Shown here piece by piece: positions 1 through 6,989 of a stretch of DNA of 8,109 nt. The first letter of the stretch is position 1. Each line of letters starts with the position of its first letter. Position numbers and translations under genes: made by a program. The notes beneath the pieces are model-generated. The model did no database searches. It had not been told where the DNA came from and saw nothing but the letters and a program-made list of their open reading frames with translations. Where the stretch lies: IMG/VR virus record IMGVR_UViG_3300005964_000004, positions 1-8,109 of that record. The stretch is one strand, 5' to 3'.

Positions 1-659
1 AATGCAAATATATATTCTCTCGGATTATACCCAAATTCAGCGACAAAATGCACATTTTCAGGAACTTCATAATTTTTAAAGTCTTTATGAGAAATTACAA
101 AAAAGTGAACTTTCTTAGCCAAATCTGGAATTTTGGTATTTATTTCTTGGAAAACTCTTATCATTAACTCCATGTTTTTCCTTTTAGTTAGTCCTGAAAC
201 AATGCCAAATTTAACAATATTTGGAAAATCTTTAGACATTTTTAGATTTAACTGGGGGGTTAAATGTTCTGCCTTTTCAACAATTTCAAAATTTATACCA
301 TGAAAAACTGGCAAATTGACATTTAAACCAACTTCCTGCAAATTTTGGGCTGTAAATTTACTATTTGGAATAAATGTTATATCTTTTAATAAATATTGAT
401 TTACAATATTTGTGTTAGGTATACCATCACAAGTTGTATAAAAGTATTTTTTGCCTCTAAATTGATAGAAAGTATAAAGGTATGGGTTTAGGGAAGGTGG
501 ATGGAAAGGCATAAAAATTATTAATTTATCAGATTGTGAAATCAAATTTGGATTTGTTGAAATTGTAACATTTTCACCATTTTTTCTCAAAACTTGAGCT
601 ATATCTTCTGAAACATTTTTTATGGAAGAATAGTTCATAGTCAAGATTGTAGTTTTCAC
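1..659 (-). CDS. Glycosyltransferase, GT-B/GT4-like (SIRV ORF335-like); 3' end lies outside the window
   Basis: Not in the ORF track. Open frame from GTG at 659: MKTTILTMNYSSIKNVSEDIAQVLRKNGENV...FIPNSKFTAQNLQEVG...VFHGINF...FGIVSGLTKRKNMELMIRVF...NVHFVAEFG. The NS-x-FT, HG and G-x3-RKN motifs are typical of GT4. Position next to the zinc-finger and MCP genes matches SIRV. Confidence 0.85.
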   Translation of the reverse strand, partial: MKTTILTMNYSSIKNVSEDIAQVLRKNGENVTISTNPNLISQSDKLIIFMPFHPPSLNPYLYTFYQFRGKKYFYTTCDGIPNTNIVNQYLLKDITFIPNSKFTAQNLQEVGLNVNLPVFHGINFEIVEKAEHLTPQLNLKMSKDFPNIVKFGIVSGLTKRKNMELMIRVFQEINTKIPDLAKKVHFFVISHKDFKNYEVPENVHFVAEFGYNPREYIFA

Positions 660-695
660 GTGAATTTTTTATACGTCATGACATTAAAAAACATT
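660..695. promoter_or_regulatory. Overlapping divergent TATA+GTC promoters sharing the palindrome GTCATGAC (675-682)
   Basis: + strand: TTTATAC-GTC, 21 nt before ATG 696. - strand: TTTTAAT-GTC, 23 nt before GTG 659. Confidence 0.7.
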
Positions 696-860
696 ATGGG
701 TCTCCTGCTTTACGAATGCCCAATTTGCGGAAAAATAGATAAAAATAAAAAGACTATGATTTCCCATTTAAGAAAATATCATCCTGGTGTAAAAATGAGG
801 GATGTAAAGAGAATAAATACTAAAACTTACGAATACCTTGAAACAAAAGTTGAGGACTAA
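696..860 (+). CDS. Small C2H2 zinc-finger protein (SIRV ORF55-like), 54 aa
   Basis: C-x2-C-x12-H-x4-H (CPICGKIDKNKKTMISHLRKYH). ATG 696 is preferred over GTG 660 because of promoter spacing. Confidence 0.85.
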   Translation: MGLLLYECPICGKIDKNKKTMISHLRKYHPGVKMRDVKRINTKTYEYLETKVED

Positions 861-864
861 GTAA

Positions 865-907
865 ATAAAAAAAATAAAATAGCTTATAAGCTATTATTGA
901 TTTTTTT
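865..907. terminator. Probable bidirectional terminator between convergent zinc-finger and MCP genes
   Basis: Perfect 18-bp palindrome AATAGCTTATAAGCTATT (878-895), with an A-tract to the left and a T-tract at 901-907. Confidence 0.55.
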
Positions 908-1310
908 AGCTTACGTAACCAGTTGGTGAACCAGTTATTATATTTGTCACTGCATCAAGAACAGTTGGATTTGCATTAAATGCAGAGATATAATATGCCT
1001 TAAGTCCGTTAATCATATTCACTAGTGCCGGGCCGCCGCCGAGCCTGTTGAGTGCCCTAGCAACCTTAAGACCGAAACCTTGATAAATTGCCCTATTAGG
1101 ACCAGTTATTCCATATTCGCTCAATACTGCAGATACTTGCTCATTCACAGATGTAAATTTAGGAACGTTAGTTTGGAAGTTTTGTTGAGCAGCAGGGCTA
1201 ACGTTAGTTAATATCGTGGATGCTACCGTAGGATTGCTAAATGACGTGAACTTAGCGTTCCATTTTGCATACCTTTGGGAATAGGATCTTGGAGTTCTCC
1301 CCTTTGCCAT
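906..1310 (-). CDS. Major capsid protein, rudiviral (SIRV2 ORF134/gp26 family)
   Basis: 134 aa, MAKGRTPRSYSQRYAKW...GITGPNRAIYQGFGLKVARALNR...GSPTGYVS; very close to the recalled SIRV coat protein. Confidence 0.97.
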   Translation of the reverse strand: MAKGRTPRSYSQRYAKWNAKFTSFSNPTVASTILTNVSPAAQQNFQTNVPKFTSVNEQVSAVLSEYGITGPNRAIYQGFGLKVARALNRLGGGPALVNMINGLKAYYISAFNANPTVLDAVTNIITGSPTGYVS

Positions 1311-1337
1311 TTTTGGTCAAGTACTATTATTATCTTC

Positions 1338-1350
1338 AAATATATAACAA
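1338..1350 (-). promoter_or_regulatory. TATA box of the MCP gene (no GTC)
   Basis: TTATATA on the - strand (1347-1341), 30 nt upstream of ATG 1310. Confidence 0.55.
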
Positions 1351-1498
1351 CCCACGGCTCATAATACATATAATGTATATTACCTGTCGCAATTGTGAAT
1401 TAAATATCGGTAATAACTATGAAAATTTATAACTACTAATTAGACTATACGATAACTGAAAATAAAACATTTAATTGTCAGCCATGAATATGAAAATC

Positions 1499-1819
1499 AT
1501 GGAAGATATAATCATAATTGAATGTCGAAAGTTTACTGATCAAGTGCTGAACTGGCTGAACGCATTTTATCCAACTAATATTTATTATTATCACGTGATG
1601 GATAATGACACTTCGCTAACTTTAAAAATTCGTTTAGTTATGGCACATAATTTATATATAAAAAGAGCAAATGGAATTATAAGTTATATTAAAAGAACTT
1701 TTAGATATTCGCCATATATTAAGGTAAATTATAGATATAACAGACCTTTTTTTGATTTAACAATATTATGCGGTAAACGATATTCAACAATAGCCATTGA
1801 AAAATATAATAAAAGTTAA
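1499..1819 (+). CDS. Hypothetical rudiviral protein, about 106 aa
   Basis: Open frame. TTTAATT-GTC (GTC at 1477) lies 22 nt before ATG 1499, supporting a leaderless start at MEDIIIIECRKF rather than TTG 1475. Confidence 0.7.
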   Translation: MEDIIIIECRKFTDQVLNWLNAFYPTNIYYYHVMDNDTSLTLKIRLVMAHNLYIKRANGIISYIKRTFRYSPYIKVNYRYNRPFFDLTILCGKRYSTIAIEKYNKS

Positions 1820-1849
1820 AAAAATATTATCTTTCTTTATGACTTATAA

Positions 1850-2011
1850 CTATTTAACTCCTCTTTTTTGTAAATATTCCCCTAATGCCTCTTCAATTGC
1901 CTCAGTTAAAGTTATATTATTATTTGCACAATATACTTTCAATTTTCTCTTTAACTCCTTATCTATGTGTACCCCAAATACAATTCTTTCCTTTTGCACT
2001 TGCTTTTCCAT
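1850..2011 (-). CDS. svtR: Ribbon-helix-helix transcription regulator, SvtR family (SIRV ORF56b-like), 53 aa
   Basis: Below the ORF-track cutoff. Hand translation: MEKQVQKERIVFGVHIDKELKRKLKVYCANNNITLTEAIEEALGEYLQKRGVK*. It matches the recalled SvtR pattern VFG-x3-DK-x-LK-x2-LKVYCA-x-NN-x2-LT-x-AIEEA-x2-EYLQKR and has an upstream TATA+GTC (2035-2056). Confidence 0.92.
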   Translation of the reverse strand: MEKQVQKERIVFGVHIDKELKRKLKVYCANNNITLTEAIEEALGEYLQKRGVK

Positions 2012-2109
2012 TTTCCCTCTGTGCAAACATAAGGATTATGACAAATTTATATATTTTGATTCGCTACAAAAAGCTTATTATTAACTGCAATACATAAAAT
2101 AAAATTGAA

Positions 2110-2409
2110 ATGACACTAGGAACGGAAGCATTAGAAGGATTTTTAGTGTTAATGGGCGTTCTAATAGCCAGCTATGTAGTTGGAGAAGTAGTATATCTCT
2201 ACAATCAAAAACAATCAAATCAATCGTTCCAAATTGCAGTCGATCAGATGACAAAATCTACAATTAGTGCAATAGAAAGTATTAAAGACACTACAACTCT
2301 TGGAGTTAATGCGTTATTGAATATGGATACTCTGTCGGATGTAAACGCATTAGCACAGAAAAAGCAAAGTGCCGAACATAGTTCGTCACAACAAACGCAA
2401 ACTAAATAA
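2110..2409 (+). CDS. Virus-associated pyramid protein PVAP (SIRV2 P98 / STIV C92 family), egress
   Basis: N-terminal transmembrane helix (GFLVLMGVLIASYVVGEVVYLY), then DQMTKSTISAIESIKDTTTLGVNALLNMDTL, close to recalled SIRV2 P98. AAAAAG-CTTATTA promoter at about 2068-2080. Confidence 0.92.
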   Translation: MTLGTEALEGFLVLMGVLIASYVVGEVVYLYNQKQSNQSFQIAVDQMTKSTISAIESIKDTTTLGVNALLNMDTLSDVNALAQKKQSAEHSSSQQTQTK

Positions 2410-2410
2410 T

Positions 2411-2755
2411 CTATTTTTTAGACTTAGTCATATAAGATATAACTTTTTTTATATCTCTTTTTGTTTTAGGAACTAATTGTATATTTATATCTGAATGTGA
2501 CGGCATATGTTTATGAATTTTTGAATAATTAAGTTGCTTATTTGTAAAGTATAAGATATGATAATGAAGACCATGAGTCCTATTAGTATATTCTTTAACA
2601 CTGAAAATATGTGAATTTCTATCATGTCCATAAGCATAATTTTTGAATTTTTGAAAAATTGGAATTGTTGAATTGTAGCGATAATTTGTGGCAATAGTGA
2701 TAAAATATGTATAAGTATAAAGAAAGTGATAAATGAAAACTTTTTGACAGTCCAT
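2411..2755 (-). CDS. rep: HUH endonuclease Rep (SIRV ORF119-like replication initiator)
   Basis: RCR motifs in order: I FITIA, II GLHYHIL, III YMTK. TTTAAAT-GTC lies 21 nt before ATG 2755. Confidence 0.9.
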   Translation of the reverse strand: MDCQKVFIYHFLYTYTYFITIATNYRYNSTIPIFQKFKNYAYGHDRNSHIFSVKEYTNRTHGLHYHILYFTNKQLNYSKIHKHMPSHSDINIQLVPKTKRDIKKVISYMTKSKK

Positions 2756-2826
2756 GTGATGAATTGAAAACCTGACATTTAAATGTATATGTCACATTTA
2801 TAAATTCGTCATGAGCATGAACAATA

Positions 2827-3099
2827 ATGAAAGGACAAAAGAACAAATACATCGAATTAAGGATACCATCAAAATACAAAACTCTTTTTTATGAGAAAAG
2901 GGACTTAATAAAACAAGAGATCGACAGAATTCTAAATCAACAAAAACAGTTTAGCGAAATAGAAAGTAGCGAAATTTATGACGAAAGGGTATTTTTCACG
3001 ATTGATGAACTATATTATAAAAAGCTTGAAGAACTGTCAAGGAAATATAATATTAAAATTGCGAAGATAATAAGATCTATATTCTTCCAACTAAGTTAA
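2827..3099 (+). CDS. Putative RHH DNA-binding protein, 90 aa
   Basis: The C-terminal ERVFFTIDELYYKKLEELSRKYNIKIAKIIRSIF fits the RHH strand-helix-helix pattern. TTTATAAA (2797-2804) lies 22 nt before the ATG; T-tracts at 3103-3123 follow the stop. Confidence 0.7.
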   Translation: MKGQKNKYIELRIPSKYKTLFYEKRDLIKQEIDRILNQQKQFSEIESSEIYDERVFFTIDELYYKKLEELSRKYNIKIAKIIRSIFFQLS

Positions 3100-3200
3100 A
3101 TGTTTTTTTATAACGCTTTTTTTGTGATCATTGAGGCAAACTAGCAAGCTAACAAATATATAAATATGTCATATTGCAAAGTTAAAACTAGTGAAGAAAC

Positions 3201-3602
3201 GTGCCAGGCCTTAAAGAAATATTAGATGAGTTAGGCAAGCAAGCAAAACAAAGCAATAAGATAGCATCTAGAATATTAAAAATTAAGGGAATAAAGCGAA
3301 TTGTAGTACAGCTAAATGCAATACCTCAGGACGGAAAAGTAAGATATTCGCTAACCATACACAGTCAAAATAATTTCAGAAAGCAGATCGGAATAACTGC
3401 TAATGATGCTGAAGATTTAAAGCTAATCAGCGAATTTTTAACAAAATATGCAGATTTGCTTAATGAATATGTAAGATTCACACGAAGAAATAATAACACT
3501 GTTCAAGAAGAAGAACTAGAAATGGAAGAAAATGAAGAAAGTGAAAAAGAGGAAAGAAAAGAGAGAAAAAGAGAAAAGAAGAACGTAGAAGAAGAGTTTT
3601 AA
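3201..3602 (+). CDS. Rudiviral single-stranded DNA-binding protein (SIRV2 gp17/ORF131b-like)
   Basis: ELGKQAK...ASRILKIKGIKRIVVQLNA...HSQNNFRKQIGIT core, with a charged disordered tail ending VEEEF; first gene of the gp17-18-19 cluster. Confidence 0.9.
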   Translation: MPGLKEILDELGKQAKQSNKIASRILKIKGIKRIVVQLNAIPQDGKVRYSLTIHSQNNFRKQIGITANDAEDLKLISEFLTKYADLLNEYVRFTRRNNNTVQEEELEMEENEESEKEERKERKREKKNVEEEF

Positions 3603-3627
3603 AACGTCATACCCCTTTTTTTTCTTT

Positions 3628-4935
3628 ATGAGCAGCCCATCCCCGCTTTTGGATAAAGTCAAACCTCACTCTTTTTTTTACAATCCACGTGATAACGAAC
3701 GCATTTTAAATATTATAATTGGCGAAAAACAAATTGACGAGAAAAAGAAAACGGAGATTTTAAAAGCTTATAAGCGTGGAATTGATCAGCAATATTTTAA
3801 CGCCAATTTGCCATTTTTCAATGAAATAAAATTTATCTCAAAAATCACCAACTTTAAAGTTAAAAATGATGAAATAGTAGCAAGATTTCAAAACGGTTTC
3901 ACTGCAAGCTTTGACCCTCATCAAATTGCAGATAATCCAGATGATTTCTATAATTTAATAAGTAGTTATATGTTTGTAAAAATTAAAAAAGGAGTTGAAA
4001 ATTGGTATATTGACGACATTTATTCTATTGAACCGCCAAATAATTATGAAATTGCAAAAGAATTACTCGAACTCGCAAATTCTGAAAAACAAACTTGTGA
4101 TCTTTTATTACAAGCTTTTGGTTATGACCCACAAAAAATGGAAGCTAAAGATGTATTTCTAACTCTCCCTAGACTATTTCCATTATTTAAATCCCCAATT
4201 ACGAAACGTCAAATTAATTATATAGAAATTTCCAATAGAGGAACTGGAAAAACTACGACTTTTATGATTCTTCAGGAAGTATTTAATTTCAGATATTATA
4301 CTGAATCTCCGACTTATGCAAATTTAGTTTATGATGCCAGAAATAATATGTATGGTGCAGTATTTCTCTCAAATGGGTTAATATTTGATGAAATTCAAAC
4401 TTGGAAGAATGGATTTTCTGCCAGGGAATTAAATACTATAAATTCAACATTATCAACAGGAATTGAAAATTGTATTTGGACTAGGGGAGCAGGAACAGAA
4501 TCAAAATCTGCAACTATTCAAAAATGTATTCCAATAATTTACGCTGGAAATCCGCATAGTATGACAATTAATAAACTTAAAACTCCGGATATAGAAGATT
4601 ATCTAGCAAATTATGAAATATTTACTCCGGCAATTTTAGATAGAATTCATATTATCCAATTAGCAATTAAGAAAACTTATGATAAAATTATAAATTCACG
4701 GGTATTATATCCGTCAATTTTGCGGGCTTTGGTTGAACTAATACAACAGAAAATAAATAGCATTAATAATTATGTAACTTGCAATAATTTAGAATCTAGA
4801 AGACAAGAACAATCGACTGATATCCAAATAATTCTTCAGGCTTTAGATATAGATTTAAAAATTGGTGAAAAAACTAACGAAGAAATATGCCAAAGGCTGA
4901 TAGAATTAATGCGATTTTCTAACTTGGAGGCATGA
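3628..4935 (+). CDS. AAA+ ATPase / putative helicase (SIRV2 gp18/ORF436-like)
   Basis: Walker [10 protein letters not shown], Walker B LIFDE, sensor-1 IIYAGN, arginine finger ILDRI; lies between the SSB and Cas4-like genes. Confidence 0.92.
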   Translation: MSSPSPLLDKVKPHSFFYNPRDNERILNIIIGEKQIDEKKKTEILKAYKRGIDQQYFNANLPFFNEIKFISKITNFKVKNDEIVARFQNGFTASFDPHQIADNPDDFYNLISSYMFVKIKKGVENWYIDDIYSIEPPNNYEIAKELLELANSEKQTCDLLLQAFGYDPQKMEAKDVFLTLPRLFPLFKSPITKRQINYIEISNRGTGKTTTFMILQEVFNFRYYTESPTYANLVYDARNNMYGAVFLSNGLIFDEIQTWKNGFSARELNTINSTLSTGIENCIWTRGAGTESKSATIQKCIPIIYAGNPHSMTINKLKTPDIEDYLANYEIFTPAILDRIHIIQLAIKKTYDKIINSRVLYPSILRALVELIQQKINSINNYVTCNNLESRRQEQSTDIQIILQALDIDLKIGEKTNEEICQRLIELMRFSNLEA

Positions 4936-5555
4936 TAATTGTGAATTATGAAGAATTTGTAAAACAGAGTTTTAAGGTAAAATATACAGAAGATACAATA
5001 TTTCCAAGCGAAATCGGAATTTGTTTTAGAAAAAGCTATTTTACCAGAAAATTCGAATTTGAAAAAGGAATTAATGAAATTAGCCTAGACTTGGGAGAAC
5101 AACATCACAGACATATAGAAGAATATTTTACTGAAAAATTGAACTGTAAAAATGAAATTGAAGTTAAGGGAGAAATTGAAGGCATGAAAATTAGTGGCAG
5201 AATTGACTTAATTTGTGGAAATGACTTAATTGAATTAAAAACGATTTCGATTAATTATTTCCAGATAAAAGAATATCATCTCTATCAAATTGCTACATAT
5301 TACTACTTACTCCAGCAACAGAATTACAAAATTGATAATGTGTATATTATATATTTGAACAGAACAAATAGAGAAGTTAAACAATTTCAAATCGGCCAAA
5401 AATTGATAGAAGAATACGCAAAAAAAGCGATTGAATGGATAAAGAAATATAAAGAATACTTGAACGAAAAAGATTATAAAAACGTGCCGGGAGTAAATAA
5501 TTTCTTATGTAAAAATTGTGAATTTAAAGGAAAGTGCTATGGCTCTTTGTTTTAA
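4932..5555 (+). CDS. Cas4-like RecB-family ssDNA nuclease (SIRV2 gp19/ORF207-like)
   Basis: Split Fe-S ligands (GICFRK ... [10 protein letters not shown]), RecB motifs GRID-x-IELKT and QIATY. ATGA overlap with the ATPase stop. GGAGG at 4926-4930 could favour the in-frame GTG 4941. Confidence 0.93.
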   Translation: MIIVNYEEFVKQSFKVKYTEDTIFPSEIGICFRKSYFTRKFEFEKGINEISLDLGEQHHRHIEEYFTEKLNCKNEIEVKGEIEGMKISGRIDLICGNDLIELKTISINYFQIKEYHLYQIATYYYLLQQQNYKIDNVYIIYLNRTNREVKQFQIGQKLIEEYAKKAIEWIKKYKEYLNEKDYKNVPGVNNFLCKNCEFKGKCYGSLF

Positions 5556-5607
5556 AAAAATAAAAGGGTTTTTATTTGTCATAGAGCATAATGATATATG
5601 ACAAAAC

Positions 5608-5874
5608 ATGTCCTCCACATATCAAGAAAAAAAGCAACAAATTAAAAACAGAATTTTGAGCATGACAGAACAGGATATATTAGCGTTTTTAAATAAGGCC
5701 TTCGTTTTTAAGGAAAAAGTAAAATTGGTATTCTATACAAAAACAGAGAATGCAATTTCAGGAATGTTGGAAATCGGTAAAAAAACCATAAAATTTGAAA
5801 TCTGGTTTTCTATTCCGTATAATTCTGTAGCTATAACTGTCGCAAAAATAACAAAAGTGTTGAAGGAGGAATAA
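5608..5874 (+). CDS. Small hypothetical protein, 88 aa (N-terminal helices plus beta-rich half)
   Basis: Open frame with its own TTTATTT-GTC promoter (GTC at 5578). Confidence 0.75.
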   Translation: MSSTYQEKKQQIKNRILSMTEQDILAFLNKAFVFKEKVKLVFYTKTENAISGMLEIGKKTIKFEIWFSIPYNSVAITVAKITKVLKEE

Positions 5875-5877
5875 AAA

Positions 5878-6081
5878 ATGATGAATTATCAAAAATTAAC
5901 AATATACTTAAAAAATGCAATCAAGGAATTAAGAAAAGCTGAAGATTTGTTAGGTGAATTCTTAGAAAATGTTAGCACAGAAAACGAAGTTTTCGATGAA
6001 TATAATTTTGAACGACAAAAAATAAGAGAAATAGAGAAAGTGATAGACGAAATAGAAGATATAATTTATGAGCTTAGATAA
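5878..6081 (+). CDS. Small acidic helical-hairpin/coiled-coil protein, 67 aa
   Basis: GGAGG Shine-Dalgarno at 5865-5869; starts 3 nt after the upstream stop; heptad pattern; 17 D/E residues. Confidence 0.75.
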   Translation: MMNYQKLTIYLKNAIKELRKAEDLLGEFLENVSTENEVFDEYNFERQKIREIEKVIDEIEDIIYELR

Positions 6082-6102
6082 TATAAATAGAAGTTAAAAA
6101 AA

Positions 6103-6360
6103 TTATTTAACTAGATAAACTTTTTTCTTCTGCCTTCCTGTATCGGGGTTAATTTCAACCCCGATCACAATGTATCCTTTTTGTTGCAAACGATATAAAC
6201 GTCTCATGAAAATGCCTTCATACTTGGAGGCCCACGCAAATTTATTTAATAAATCCTGTTGCCAGGCCTCTCCGCCTACCAGTTCCAAGTAGGCGAGAAT
6301 TTTTAATTCTTTCTTGCCCAACCGGGGCCTTTTAGCCAAACTTTTTTTCTGGTTGTTCAT
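6103..6360 (-). CDS. Winged helix-turn-helix DNA-binding protein, 85 aa
   Basis: LGKKELKILAYL...WQQDL...RRLYRLQQKGYI...GRQKKKVYL is a wHTH pattern. AAAAG-TTTAAATA lies 23 nt before ATG 6360, so the 6447 start is probably over-extended. Confidence 0.8.
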   Translation of the reverse strand: MNNQKKSLAKRPRLGKKELKILAYLELVGGEAWQQDLLNKFAWASKYEGIFMRRLYRLQQKGYIVIGVEINPDTGRQKKKVYLVK

Positions 6361-6574
6361 ACCATACACTATGTAAAAACTTATATTTAAACTTTTGTTT
6401 ATACGTGACCTTGGCCTGTAATAAAAGTGCGAAAAATATATGCACATGTAATATTATCACAAACTCGAGAAAAATTATAGATAAAAATAAGAGATAAAGA
6501 ATTAGGAATATAAAAATTAGAAAAATAAAAAAATTAACTTAATGAAAAGAGAATAAAACAAAAAAATAATTAAA

Positions 6575-6985
6575 TTAAGATAGGTCTAATGACCTCCAGC
6601 CTTCTGGATAACTAAAAACATATAATTTTTGATATTCTTGTAACTTCCCTTGATAATCGTTAGCCCATTCAAAAAGTATGATGACTGTCCTAGATTTTGG
6701 AATTATAGCGTACACAGTTTCATTTGTTGTTGGATAGTCATAGTAATTATTTATTTCGATCGCTTCAATTTTCCCGTAAAGCATCTGAAACCTTCCATAG
6801 TCCCTAAAACTATTTCCTGGCCTTTTCCATTCATTAAGAGTTAATATAAACTGTGCTTCAAAATTCCCTTCTTTTATCACTTTATTTATTAGTTTGACTA
6901 ATTCTTCCTGACTCAGATTTTCTTGACTCAGTCGGGTTATATCTTGATTTGACTTCTCTTCTTCTTTACCCATTTCTTCGCTCAC
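6575..6985 (-). CDS. Terminal hypothetical protein, about 136 aa, acidic N-terminus; candidate early/anti-defence gene
   Basis: Open frame. The AGGTGA Shine-Dalgarno (6996-6991) lies 5 nt before GTG 6985; T-rich tract downstream. Confidence 0.78.
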   Translation of the reverse strand: MSEEMGKEEEKSNQDITRLSQENLSQEELVKLINKVIKEGNFEAQFILTLNEWKRPGNSFRDYGRFQMLYGKIEAIEINNYYDYPTTNETVYAIIPKSRTVIILFEWANDYQGKLQEYQKLYVFSYPEGWRSLDLS

Positions 6986-6989
6986 ATCC

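Noticed and set aside
1797-2097. ORF-track + strand ORFs 1797-2084 and 1885-2097
   Set aside because: Antisense shadows of svtR with no credible promoter or motifs.
2485-2879. ORF-track - strand ORFs 2485-2778 and 2622-2879
   Set aside because: Alternative frames overlapping Rep and the 90-aa gene, with low-complexity AT-driven composition.
3672-3679. T8 slippery run near the start of the ATPase gene
   Set aside because: The frame is intact and such runs are common at this AT content.
4932-5555. Cas4 as part of a CRISPR-Cas locus or casposon
   Set aside because: No cas1, cas2 or array; a stand-alone Cas4-like nuclease is a known rudiviral core gene.
6361-6447. N-terminal extension of the wHTH ORF
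   Set aside because: It spans the gene's own BRE-TATA; spacing supports ATG 6360.
6650-6844. 64-aa + strand ORF
   Set aside because: Antisense shadow of the 136-aa gene, TTG start, no expression signals.
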